NCBI GenBank assembly: GCA_964517065.1
Contig: CAZFBK010000004.1
Location: 1-63,894 of the forward strand
Source of the DNA: an uncultured Gammaproteobacteria bacterium
GTDB lineage: Bacteria; Patescibacteriota; Patescibacteriia; UBA1558; 2-01-FULL-52-15
DNA length: 63,894 nucleotides
Reading direction: 5' to 3'
Part shown: positions 34,533 through 43,746 of the stretch, one piece after another
How positions within the stretch are numbered: position 1 is the first letter of the stretch
Layout: every line of letters begins with the position of its first letter
The notes under the pieces: generated by a model
What the model was told of the DNA's origin: nothing
Seen by the model: only the letters and a program-made list of their open reading frames with translations
Databases searched by the model: none
Program-made: the position numbers and the translations under genes

Positions 34533-36162
34533 ATCTCGCACCAGTTTTAATTCTAATAACACTAGTCAATCAAATATGAGTGATAGTCTGTCTTCTGCTA
34601 AACTGGTGCGGGATAAAAAACCAACAGTCTTAATCATCATGGACGGTTGGGGCATAGCTCCGGCCAGTGCTGGCAATGCAATTACTTCGGCGAAATTACC
34701 AGTCTATAATAAGTTACTGAAAAAATACGCCTGGACAACGTTACGCGCTTCCGGTAAAGCAGTGGGCTTGCCGGCTGGGCAAGATGGTAATTCTGAAGCG
34801 GGTCATATGAATATCGGTGCCGGACGTCTGGTGGAGCAGGATGCTGTGGTGATTTCCAAAAGTATTGATAATGGCACGTTTTTCCGTAATCCGGCTTTCA
34901 CCGGTGCCATCGCTCATGCCAAGAAAAATAAATCAGCCGTGCATCTCGTTGGTATGATTACGGCCAATCAGAGTGCACATTCTGATCCCGATCATTTGAT
35001 CTCATTAATTATTCTTTTGAGTCGCAGCAAGGTCAAAAATATTTACCTGCATCTTTTCACCGACGGACGCGACAGCCCCAAATTTTTAGCGCAGAAAATT
35101 ATGGACTCATTCAAGGGTTTCTTCGCTAATTATGTCACGGTGGCGACCGTCATGGGACGATTTTATGGCATGGACCGCAAGAAAGAATGGTCAAGGACGG
35201 AGCTGGCCTATAATGCTATGGTGCTAGGCGAGGGAATTCATGAACACACAGCCCAAGATGCCGTACTTCACGCTTACGCCCGAGGGGAGAGCGATGAGTT
35301 TATCAAACCGACAGTCATTGTTGATGATCAGGATAAGCCTGTCGGGCTAATCTCAGATAATGACTCGGTGATATTTTTTAATTTACGTTCTGATCGTGCC
35401 CGTCAAATGTGCAAACCGTTTGTGCAGGAGAATTTTGAGCAAGCCAACAAGGGTTCGTTCAAACGTCAGGTTAAGCCGAAGAATCTTTTCATGGTCGCCA
35501 TGACTGATTTTGGCCCTGATCTTGGTGATCTGATCACCGCTTTTCCTAGCAGAGAAATACCTGATAGTTTACCTATGGCTCTGCGTAAGTATCGTCAGTT
35601 GGCTATTGCCGAGAATGAGAAGTACGCTCATGTGACCTATTTTTTTAACGGCGGCTACGCTGATCCCGTAGCAGGTGAGAAGCGGGTAATTATTAAATCT
35701 CCGGATATGAAAGTCTACGATGACGCTCCTGCTATGAGTCTCGAAGTAGTCACGAAGGTCGTCGTGGAAGGCATTGAGAAGCAGCAATATGATTTCATTA
35801 CCATGAATATCGCTAATCCTGATATGATTGCCCACACCGGCAATCTCGGGGCAACGATCAAAGCTTGTGAATATACCGATGTAGCTTTGGGGAAAATAAT
35901 CGACGCCACATTGAAGCGAGACGGTCTGGTCATCGTCACTGCTGATCATGGTAATGCTGAAGAAGTGATTAATATTGAAACAGGTGAAGTGGATACAGAG
36001 CATTCAAATAATCCCGTACCGTTTATCGTTGTCAAGAAAGGACCTTTGCCCAAACTGCGGGCTTCAGGTAAGCTAGGAGATGTAGCCCCGACTATTCTAC
36101 AGCTTCTCGGTGAACCGAAACCAAAATTAATGACCGGTAAAACTTTATTAGAACGATCATGA
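34525..36162 (+). CDS. gpmI: 2,3-bisphosphoglycerate-independent phosphoglycerate mutase, divergent paralogue
   Basis: It has MDGWGI, GNSEAGH (catalytic Ser), TADHGNAE and NPDMIAHTGN. The start is ambiguous (34510, 34525 or 34576). The GGVHS block is replaced by NQSAHS. Confidence 0.85.
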   Translation: MDKSRTSFNSNNTSQSNMSDSLSSAKLVRDKKPTVLIIMDGWGIAPASAGNAITSAKLPVYNKLLKKYAWTTLRASGKAVGLPAGQDGNSEAGHMNIGAGRLVEQDAVVISKSIDNGTFFRNPAFTGAIAHAKKNKSAVHLVGMITANQSAHSDPDHLISLIILLSRSKVKNIYLHLFTDGRDSPKFLAQKIMDSFKGFFANYVTVATVMGRFYGMDRKKEWSRTELAYNAMVLGEGIHEHTAQDAVLHAYARGESDEFIKPTVIVDDQDKPVGLISDNDSVIFFNLRSDRARQMCKPFVQENFEQANKGSFKRQVKPKNLFMVAMTDFGPDLGDLITAFPSREIPDSLPMALRKYRQLAIAENEKYAHVTYFFNGGYADPVAGEKRVIIKSPDMKVYDDAPAMSLEVVTKVVVEGIEKQQYDFITMNIANPDMIAHTGNLGATIKACEYTDVALGKIIDATLKRDGLVIVTADHGNAEEVINIETGEVDTEHSNNPVPFIVVKKGPLPKLRASGKLGDVAPTILQLLGEPKPKLMTGKTLLERS

Positions 36163-37745
36163 TAGAAACATCCACCAGACCAAAACCGTTAGTGCTGATT
36201 ATCCTCGACGGCTGGGGTATTGCGGCGCCGTCACGTGCCAACGCTATTTCCTTAGCCAAAACGCCGAACATCGATAACTATCTCACGACCTACCCTGGAT
36301 TGTCGCTGCAGGCTGCCGGTGAATCTGTCGGTCTGGCGTGGGGAGAAATGGGGAATTCGGAAGTCGGGCATTTGAGTATGGGATCGGGCCGTATCGTCTA
36401 TCAGAGCCTGCCGAGAATTACTCACAGTATTTTTGATAAAAGCTTTTTTTCTAATCCGGCGCTGATAGCAGCCTGCCAGCACGTCAAGCAAAAGAAATCA
36501 GCGCTGCATCTGATCGGTATGGTCAGCTCCGGTGGCGTCCATAGCTATAATGAACATTTATACGCTTTACTAGAATTAGCAGCAGAACAAAAAGTAGAGC
36601 AGGTTTTTGTTCATGTCTTCTTGGATGGACGTGATACGCCGTTCAATAGCGCGGCGAATTTCATCGCCAAGCTGAAGGATAAAATGAAGCAGGTTGGAGT
36701 GGGTAAGATTGCCAGTCTGTCCGGCCGTTTCTATGCCATGGATCGTGATAATCATTGGGAGCGCATTGTGAAAGCCTATAAAGCAATGGTAGAAGGCGAA
36801 AGTAAAGCTTATTTCAAAGACGCCAGTGAAGCCATTGAAGCTTCTTATGCCGCTCAAGTATTTGACGAGCAGTTTGAGCCGGCTGTCATCACCGACGGTT
36901 CCAAACCGATCGGTCTGATCAAAGACGGTGATGCGGTCATCAGTTTCAATTTCCGCGCGGATCGCATGCGGGAGATTACCAAAGCCTTCGTCCTGCCGGG
37001 CTTTGATAAATTTCCCCGAACGTACATGCAAAATCTGTTTTATGTCTCAATGACGGAATATGAGAAAGATTTACCCCTGCAGGTTGCCTTCGCGCCCGAG
37101 GTGGTGGAGTCACCAGTAGCCAAGGTGATCAGTGACGCCGGTCTGGCGCAGCTGCATATTGCTGAGACAGAGAAGTATGCCCATGTGACGTATTTTTTCA
37201 ACGGCGGACAGGAAAAAATGTTTCCCAAGGAAGATCATGCGTTGATCCCTTCTCTGAAAGTGGCATCATACGATCAGAAGCCGGCCATGAGCGCTCGTGA
37301 GATTACGACACGGGTCATTTCTGAAATTCGCGAGGTTAAATATGATTTTATAGTGGTGAATTTTGCCAACGCTGATATGGTGGCGCACACTGGTAATCTA
37401 GCGGCCACGATTGAAGCAGTGGAGGTATTGGACGACTGTATTGGCAAGATAGTTGAGGTGGTCTTATCATATGAAGGAGCAGTCATGATTACCGCCGACC
37501 ATGGTAATGCTGAAGGATTATTCAATCTACAGACCGGAGTGATCGACAAAGAGCATTCCAATAATCCCGTGCCCTGTATCATGATTGGTCGCGCTTGGGA
37601 ACATAAGAATATTGTCGGTGGAGTAGTAGGGACAGACCTGAGTCAGGCCGTATCGTCAGGTGTTTTGGCTGATGTTGGACCGACCGTCTTGAAAGTTCTA
37701 GGTTTGAAGAAGCCACCGGAGATGACGGGAGCGCCGCTTATTTAG
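36159..37745 (+). CDS. gpmI: 2,3-bisphosphoglycerate-independent phosphoglycerate mutase, canonical paralogue
   Basis: It has LDGWGI, GNSEVGH, SSGGVHS, TADHGNAE and NADMVAHTGN. Its start forms an ATGA overlap with the upstream copy. Confidence 0.9.
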   Translation: MIETSTRPKPLVLIILDGWGIAAPSRANAISLAKTPNIDNYLTTYPGLSLQAAGESVGLAWGEMGNSEVGHLSMGSGRIVYQSLPRITHSIFDKSFFSNPALIAACQHVKQKKSALHLIGMVSSGGVHSYNEHLYALLELAAEQKVEQVFVHVFLDGRDTPFNSAANFIAKLKDKMKQVGVGKIASLSGRFYAMDRDNHWERIVKAYKAMVEGESKAYFKDASEAIEASYAAQVFDEQFEPAVITDGSKPIGLIKDGDAVISFNFRADRMREITKAFVLPGFDKFPRTYMQNLFYVSMTEYEKDLPLQVAFAPEVVESPVAKVISDAGLAQLHIAETEKYAHVTYFFNGGQEKMFPKEDHALIPSLKVASYDQKPAMSAREITTRVISEIREVKYDFIVVNFANADMVAHTGNLAATIEAVEVLDDCIGKIVEVVLSYEGAVMITADHGNAEGLFNLQTGVIDKEHSNNPVPCIMIGRAWEHKNIVGGVVGTDLSQAVSSGVLADVGPTVLKVLGLKKPPEMTGAPLI

Positions 37746-37864
37746 GTGTGGGTGATAATCGATACCGCTGTAATAAAGCAAAAATGAAAGTGCAAAAATA
37801 TAAATTAAAATTTAAAAAACCTCCATTTTTTTGCTTTTTGCATTTTAACTTTTAATTTACAATC

Positions 37865-38719
37865 GTGCCTGAATTGCCCGAAGTCGAAACAATCCGTCGT
37901 GGATTATTATCACTCCAAAAACAACGTATCAAAGACGTTGTTATTCATCTACCCAAAATTATCCGTCCGGCAGATGCGAGGAAGCGGTTGACAGGCCAGC
38001 GAGTAGAGACGATTGATCGGCGTGGAAAATTACTGATCTTCAGCCTCAACTCTGGGGATTATTTGCTCATTCATTTGAAGATGACCGGTCAGCTGGTCTA
38101 CCGGCCGAAATCAGGAGAGCTATTTGTCGGCGGACATCCTATTATCAACGTACTCGATGTGCCGAATAAATTTACCCATGTGGAGCTACATTTTCATGAT
38201 AAGGGAGTGTTGTATTTCAATGACGTGCGTCGTTTTGGTTATCTAAAATTAACAGACGAAGCGGAAGTACAGAAGATTAAGTCCAGTTATGGACCTGAGC
38301 CGCTTGATCTGTCACTAACCACGAAACAATGGCTAAAGATTTTGGAACAGAAACCACAATGGTCAGTCAAGAAATTACTTCTCGATCAAGGTCAGATAGC
38401 TGGTATTGGTAATATTTACTGCGACGAGGCTTGCTTCTATACCGGTATCAGGCCGATGCGCTTGGCCGGTAGTTTGAAACCGATTCAGAAAACTGCCTTG
38501 TTGAAAAATATCCGTAAAGTATTGAATTTGTCTATCAAGTACGGCGGCACGAGCTTTAACTCCTATGTGCAATCACAAGGACATCAAGGGAAATTTTATG
38601 ATCTGCTGAAAGTTTACGGACGCGGTGGGAAGCGGTGCCAGAAGTGCAAAAAAACCAGCATCATGAAAATCAAATTTGCAGGTCGCGGTACGCACTATTG
38701 TCCTACCTGTCAAAAATAA
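37865..38719 (+). CDS. mutM: Formamidopyrimidine-DNA glycosylase
   Basis: GTG start, N-terminal PELPEVE, and a C-terminal CxxC...CxxC zinc finger. Confidence 0.9.
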   Translation: MPELPEVETIRRGLLSLQKQRIKDVVIHLPKIIRPADARKRLTGQRVETIDRRGKLLIFSLNSGDYLLIHLKMTGQLVYRPKSGELFVGGHPIINVLDVPNKFTHVELHFHDKGVLYFNDVRRFGYLKLTDEAEVQKIKSSYGPEPLDLSLTTKQWLKILEQKPQWSVKKLLLDQGQIAGIGNIYCDEACFYTGIRPMRLAGSLKPIQKTALLKNIRKVLNLSIKYGGTSFNSYVQSQGHQGKFYDLLKVYGRGGKRCQKCKKTSIMKIKFAGRGTHYCPTCQK

Positions 38720-39141
38720 GGTAAACCGTAGGCCAAAAGAAAGGTTAATATCACACCTGAAATGGTACCGACCGTGACCTGCCACGGGGTATGGCCGAGG
38801 CGTTCATTCAGTACCGGATATTTATATTCTTTAGCTCTATCCAAATCCTTCACTACCATGTTGATTAGTTTGGCATGTAGCCCTAGCTGACGTCGGAAGC
38901 CTGTAGCATCACGGACCACGATAAAGAAAAGAATAATGGAAACGGCTAGCGCTGTGTCGTCCCAACCGCGATCAATGAATAAGATAGTAGCCAGTGAGCT
39001 GGCCAGAGCCGCGTGAGCTGAGGGCATGCCACCATAATTATTCAGATGTTCCCAAGAAAAATTGCCGCGAGCCGCTTCGAGCAAGAGCTTGATGCCTTGG
39101 ACCAGCACCATTACCAGAAGCGGAATGATAAATAGACGCAT
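38710..39141 (-). CDS. Divergent PAP2 family membrane protein (PF02681-like)
   Basis: It has the GGMPSAHAALASSLA motif. 143 aa. Its 3' end overlaps the mutM 3' end by 10 nt. Confidence 0.7.
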   Translation of the reverse strand: MRLFIIPLLVMVLVQGIKLLLEAARGNFSWEHLNNYGGMPSAHAALASSLATILFIDRGWDDTALAVSIILFFIVVRDATGFRRQLGLHAKLINMVVKDLDRAKEYKYPVLNERLGHTPWQVTVGTISGVILTFLLAYGLPYF

Positions 39142-39193
39142 AGTATGATATTAGCTATAATGCTGTATATAAGTATAGCATAATTAGAATCAC

Positions 39194-39946
39194 ATGATAG
39201 CTTGGTTGCAGTATATAGTTCTTGGTCTGGTACAGGGTGTTACTGAGTGGTTGCCTATTTCCAGTGACGGTCACCTCTATCTGGCTCATAATCTTCTCGG
39301 TATACCAGAGGATTTGCCTCTGGACGTTTTTTTGCATGGAGCCAGCCTGATTGTTTTAGTGATCTATTTCAGAAAACAGTTGGCAGAGTTGATTCGTGGT
39401 GTATTGACTCGCAATAAAGCTGACGTACTCTATGTCTGGTTTGTCATCCTGACTACTATTGCTACGATCACTGTCGCCCTGTCGATTGAAAGATGGTTGC
39501 CGCAACTACAAAATAATAAAGCGGTAGCTGTAGGGTTTTTCCTGACGGGACTTTTGGTTATTAGTACACGGTGGACAGCTATTGGTAGTGCCAACAAACA
39601 ATTGACCTGGCCCAAGGCAGTGATTTTAGGTTTAGCTCAAGGTGCAGCAGTGCTGACAGGACTATCACGGAGCGCTTCCATGCTGGCTGTTGGTTTGGCT
39701 TTTGGCTTTTCCAAAGAATTAGCTTTTCGTTACACTTTCATCGCTGCCATCCCGGCCATTGCCGGAGCCTTTATCCTCGAGGTGCCGAAATTAGCAATCC
39801 AGCCTTTACACTGGCTAGCCTTCGTTGTGACGCTTATTTCCGGTTATATTGCCTTGAAGTTATTAGATGTGTTGGTGCGTAAAGAAAAAATCTTTTATTT
39901 TGGTGTCTATACTATTATTTTGGCAGTAGTTTTATTCTTCCTATGA
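39194..39946 (+). CDS. uppP: Undecaprenyl-diphosphatase
   Basis: N-terminal GLVQGVTEWLPISSDGHL motif. 250 aa and polytopic. Confidence 0.9.
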   Translation: MIAWLQYIVLGLVQGVTEWLPISSDGHLYLAHNLLGIPEDLPLDVFLHGASLIVLVIYFRKQLAELIRGVLTRNKADVLYVWFVILTTIATITVALSIERWLPQLQNNKAVAVGFFLTGLLVISTRWTAIGSANKQLTWPKAVILGLAQGAAVLTGLSRSASMLAVGLAFGFSKELAFRYTFIAAIPAIAGAFILEVPKLAIQPLHWLAFVVTLISGYIALKLLDVLVRKEKIFYFGVYTIILAVVLFFL

Positions 39947-41001
39947 AGATCAAGGTAGCAATTATCGCCGGGGGAGTCGGTACTCGTCTGTGGCCGGTTT
40001 CTCGTGAGCAAGCGCCGAAACAAGTCAGCGCTTTGTTTGGTGGCCAGTCAGTACTCCAGACAACCTACAAACTATTGCGTCAGAAGATTTCGGCTGCCAA
40101 CATCTTGGTTGTCACTGGCCAACGGTTCGCCGCTACGGTGCTCGATCAATTACCTATTGCCCGATCGCAGGTACTGGTTGAGCCGTGTCGTCGTGATACA
40201 GCTGCAGCTATTGGTTTGGTGGCGTGGCAGGTAGCGGCGCAAGATCCCGAGACTATTCTGATCACGGTGCATTCTGATCACGCTATTGCCAAGCCGGCCG
40301 AATATATCCGAACCTTACTATCCGCGGCCCACATGGTGTCCAAACAACCTGAACGATTGGTCACGATAGGGGCGAATCCGACCTATCCGGAGACGGGCTA
40401 CGGTTATATTTGTCTCGGTGCAGAAGTAGCGCGTCAGGGCAAAGACCATTTTTATAACGTGGCGCATTTCACCGAGAAGCCGAAACTGGCAACAGCTAAA
40501 AAATATGTAGATGATTGGCGGTATCTCTGGAATACCGGCATGTTTGTCTTTCAGGTTGGCCAACTGCAGCGCTGGTATAAGCATTATTTACCGAGCCACT
40601 ATCGTATCTTCGAGACTATTTTCAGTACCAAATCAGGCAGACCGGCCCGGCTGCAGAGATTTTTCGGCAAGGTGCCAGCTATTTCTATTGATTATGGTTT
40701 ATTAGAAAAAATGGATAATCTGCTCGTGCTGCCTGCTTCCTTTGGTTGGCAGGATATCGGCAGTTGGAAGGTGGTGGCTGGATTAGTCAAAAAGAAGATT
40801 ACTGACAGACGTATTCTGCTAGAAGCTCATAATAATTTCGTTATTTCCGATCCCAAGAAACTAGTAGCGATCGTCGGGCTGGATGATTACATCGTCGTCG
40901 ATACTGAGGATGCCTTACTTATCTGTCCGAAAGATAAGAGTCAACAGGTCAAACAGATTGTTGCTGAAGTTAAGCAAAAAAAATGGAACGAATATTTATG
41001 A
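39943..41001 (+). CDS. Mannose-1-phosphate guanylyltransferase-like nucleotidyltransferase
   Basis: It has the sugar-nucleotidyltransferase signature AIIAGGVGTRLWPVSR and is 352 aa. Confidence 0.8.
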   Translation: MKIKVAIIAGGVGTRLWPVSREQAPKQVSALFGGQSVLQTTYKLLRQKISAANILVVTGQRFAATVLDQLPIARSQVLVEPCRRDTAAAIGLVAWQVAAQDPETILITVHSDHAIAKPAEYIRTLLSAAHMVSKQPERLVTIGANPTYPETGYGYICLGAEVARQGKDHFYNVAHFTEKPKLATAKKYVDDWRYLWNTGMFVFQVGQLQRWYKHYLPSHYRIFETIFSTKSGRPARLQRFFGKVPAISIDYGLLEKMDNLLVLPASFGWQDIGSWKVVAGLVKKKITDRRILLEAHNNFVISDPKKLVAIVGLDDYIVVDTEDALLICPKDKSQQVKQIVAEVKQKKWNEYL

Positions 41002-42032
41002 TAAAGAAAATTCTCATTGGATTGGTCATTATTATCGCTGGAGCAGTGGTCGTCGTAGTTTTCAGTTTGGTACAGTTCGTCCGGCCGGCCGGTAGTGCTA
41101 GAGAGATAGCTTTCACTATTGAGCCGGGAGAGGGCGTGCATGCGATCAGCCGTAATCTGAAGCAGGCAGGTTTAATCGATAGTTCGTTTATTTTTGAAAG
41201 TTATATTTGGCTCTTGCGCTCGGATCAGAAGATTATCGCCGGCCGCTATCAACTAAACCGAAATCAAAATATTCCCCAGATTACCAAAGCGATCATGGCC
41301 GGTCCGGATCAGCAGCCGGATCAGCTGACCTTTATCGAAGGTTGGAACCGCCATGAATACGCTGATGCGTTGACGAAGGCTGGATTTCACGGTGACGCCT
41401 TTTTGACCATTACGGCCTCGAGTACCCTCTGGCGTGATGACTACCAATTGACCGACGCTGTACCTCTCGGACATACGTTGGAAGGCTTCCTTTTCCCAGA
41501 CACCTATCAGGTAGCGCGAGATTCTGATGAGATTACTTTGGTTAGCAAGATGCTGGCGAATTTTGAACGTAAAGTTACTCCGCAGATGATTCAGGATATG
41601 ATCAAACAAAACAGATCACTGTACGAAGTGATCACGATGGCGTCTATTATCGAGAAAGAAGTGCCACAGGCCAGTGATAGGAAGATGATAGCTGATATTT
41701 TTTGGAAACGCCTCGAAGCAAATATCGGTCTCCAATCTGACGCTACGGTAAATTTCGCTAAATGTAGCCGGTCAGATGATTTTGTCGCCTGTGAGAAAAC
41801 CACGCGCTCGACTGCTTCTGATCTGCAGATTGACTCACCATACAATACGTATAAGTATCGTGGTTTGCCTCCAGGACCGATTAGCAATCCTGGATTAGAC
41901 AGTATCATGGCGACGCTGTATCCCACAGCCAATGATTATTATTATTTTCTTACTGATCTCAAAGGGAAGGTTTACTATGCTCGCAATCTCGAGGAGCATA
42001 AGAAGAATAGGGAGTTGTATTTAGGAAAGTAG
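40998..42032 (+). CDS. mltG: Endolytic murein transglycosylase (YceG family)
   Basis: N-terminal TM helix, then YceG-like EGFLFPDTY and ASIIEKE motifs. I prefer the ATG at 40998, which forms an ATGA overlap with the upstream stop. Confidence 0.85.
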   Translation: MIKKILIGLVIIIAGAVVVVVFSLVQFVRPAGSAREIAFTIEPGEGVHAISRNLKQAGLIDSSFIFESYIWLLRSDQKIIAGRYQLNRNQNIPQITKAIMAGPDQQPDQLTFIEGWNRHEYADALTKAGFHGDAFLTITASSTLWRDDYQLTDAVPLGHTLEGFLFPDTYQVARDSDEITLVSKMLANFERKVTPQMIQDMIKQNRSLYEVITMASIIEKEVPQASDRKMIADIFWKRLEANIGLQSDATVNFAKCSRSDDFVACEKTTRSTASDLQIDSPYNTYKYRGLPPGPISNPGLDSIMATLYPTANDYYYFLTDLKGKVYYARNLEEHKKNRELYLGK

Positions 42033-42055
42033 GTTGGTAGAGTGGTAGTTTTGTA

Positions 42056-42082
42056 GGGATAGGTCGTGACCTGTCCCTTTTG
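42056..42082 (+). terminator. Intrinsic terminator after mltG
   Basis: GGGATAGGTC pairs with GACCTGTCCC, with one U.G that pairs only in + strand RNA, followed by TTTTGG. Confidence 0.55.
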
Positions 42083-42164
42083 GTTTAAAGCTTAGAGTTG
42101 AAAGATTAAAGTTAAAAGTGGTGCAACTGCTAACAACTATCAACTTACAACTTAAATCTAAAGT

Positions 42165-42217
42165 AAAAAAAGTGCGCCGCCCTTCTTTGCTTCTTGCGAA
42201 GCATTGAAGGACGGCGC
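42165..42217 (-). terminator. Nested intrinsic terminator of the GC-rich minus-strand unit
   Basis: The minus-strand RNA reads GCGCCGUCCUUC..GCUUC-GCAA-GAAGC..GAAGGGCGGCGC, then AC and U7 (42171-42165). The U.G pair and the GNRA loop exist only on the minus strand. Confidence 0.7.
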
Positions 42218-43302
42218 GCCGTTACTATTACCGGATCTGTCCGAGTCCCTTCCAGCCATGCGGCCGGAATGCGCGGGTTTGCCGCGACACAGGGATTACG
42301 GATACTGCAGTCCGGATACCTGACGTAGTCAGTATCAGCAACGGGTACTGCGCAGGCGTTCGCGAGCAAGACGCTCGTGAAACCCGTTAGAACAATATCA
42401 TATATTCACTGTTTGTGAGCAGAGTCGATACCGGGGGTTTGGTGTCTTTCGAATTTGACCGGTATCGTTTACAAAGAACTACTAGGGCGGATCTCGCGGC
42501 ACGTCGACCTCCATGAAGGGGCCAGACTAGGGGCGGCAGTGCCCCTGGCGACAAGTCCGGCATAAGCGCCGGGTCGAATCCCGAGCGAAGGCGGCGAAGG
42601 CCTCGGCGAGCTCGGGGTAATGCTGACGCTCAGGTGCAGCGTCAAAAGATTTGATTTGCTGGCGGTGGCTAACCCGCCTCAGCCATGTCCGCAAGGAGCG
42701 GAACCGTCGTCACGGAGGGTGCCGAGAGGTCACTTTGTACCTCCAACGATCGATACGGTGATATCTACGGCGGGGTTGCCGGCGTGCAAAGCCCGGGTGC
42801 GAAGGCGATTGACCATCCGCGACTCGGGGTGATATTTCCTTTTTTTAAATTTGTTTGTTTGGTTGCGTGTCCATGCCTGAGTCCGACACGCGAGGACTTT
42901 TGACTTTCAGACGGATGAGCTCCGCATGCAGAGCTGACTCCGATCCCATGGCCGTGGGATGCCTACATTTCAACGGAGTAGGTAACCGTATGTGCGTGGA
43001 CGCTTCGTTGGCTAACGTCCTGAGCCCGCGACCTAGAGTAGGATCGCGTCTACGTTCCCTCGTAAGGGAACACTAACGTTATCGGAAAACCTTCTCTTCC
43101 ATCGCCTTGCCTCCTCCGATGGAGTTGGGCGGGTTCTGGATTCCGGTGATCCGACGTGGATCACCGGCCGCGCGCGGGGCTGATCAGCCCCTGCCGCCGC
43201 TTTCGATATAGGAAATCATGAGGTGCGTGAGGACATTCATAGGGGATTTCTCCTTTTCTGATGTCTTACACCATACTCTGCCGGGCCGAGTGCCAGTAGC
43301 AT
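42165..43302 (-). ncRNA. Candidate large structured non-coding RNA (about 1.1 kb, GC-rich, family unknown)
   Basis: It is bounded by a near-consensus promoter and a terminator on the minus strand. It contains only short, multi-frame, non-protein-like ORFs and many perfect 7-10 bp local helices. Its base composition is strikingly different from the flanks. Confidence 0.45.
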
Positions 43303-43309
43303 TAACGGC

Positions 43310-43338
43310 ACTGTAGCATGTATCAAGATTCTTGTCAA
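43310..43338 (-). promoter_or_regulatory. Near-consensus sigma-70 promoter driving the GC-rich unit
   Basis: On the minus strand: TTGACA (43338-43333), a 17-nt spacer, then TACAGT (43315-43310). Confidence 0.6.
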
Positions 43339-43452
43339 GCCATCAAGCGTAATATTTGTCAATATTTGGCTAAGATTAGGTAAAAGTTGATAGTTGAAAG
43401 TTGTAAGTTAGAAAGGGATTCCTGACAACTTTCAACTTACAACTGATAATAA

Positions 43453-43480
43453 TTGACTTTATCTAAAATTCTGGTATACT
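43453..43480 (+). promoter_or_regulatory. Promoter of the rplJ-rplL operon
   Basis: TTGACT (43453-43458), a 16-nt spacer ending in TGg, then TATACT (43475-43480). Confidence 0.5.
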
Positions 43481-43502
43481 GCCTATACAAATCAATCAGT
43501 CG

Positions 43503-43630
43503 CCACAGACAGTGGGTGCACCAAGCAAATTGGGGCTTAATCAGGACGTCAAACGTCCAGACCTACCGAGGCCAAACCTAGCTTTATTAGCTAGAAACCT
43601 TATATGTCTGTGGAAATCACAGATTTTTTG
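43503..43630 (+). promoter_or_regulatory. Ribosomal protein L10 leader-like attenuator
   Basis: A long-range helix forms between CCACAGACA (43503-43511) and TGTCTGTGG (43605-13), enclosing GGGGCUUAAUCAGGAC. A terminator CTGTG-GAAAT-CACAG plus T6 (43608-43629) shares 43608-43612 with that helix, so the two structures exclude each other. Confidence 0.5.
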
Positions 43631-43746
43631 TTTAAAATGCAGTACTTAGTAACTAGTAATCAGTAATTAGTCCAAAACTTTACCGATTCCTAATTACTAA
43701 TTTCCAATTTCTAGTTACTAATCCCTAATTACTAATTACTACTCTA

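Noticed and set aside
42145-43076. Track ORFs inside the GC-rich block (42145-42369 minus; 42620-42832, 42685-42903 and 42855-43076 plus).
   Set aside because: They are short, overlap each other in different frames and have Arg/Pro/Gly-heavy, non-protein-like sequences. One runs straight through the terminator hairpin. Open frames of this length are expected by chance in GC-rich DNA.
43120-43200. Resemblance to tmRNA ends (GGGGCTGAT... and ...CCCGCCCAACTCC on the minus strand) and to the RNase P P4 strings (GAAAGTC, CAGAACCCG).
   Set aside because: GGGGCTGATCAGCCCC is a self-complementary hairpin, not an acceptor stem. The tRNA-like T arm and CCA end are missing. The RNase P-like strings occur in the wrong order and lack the flanking conserved regions.
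43184-43240. An 18-codon ORF (MNVLTHLMISYIESGGRG) on the minus strand, preceded by AAGGAG, near the 5' end of the GC-rich transcript.
   Set aside because: It could be a real leader peptide, but it is too short to support from sequence alone. It explains only 5 percent of the transcription unit, so I keep it as a caveat rather than a feature.
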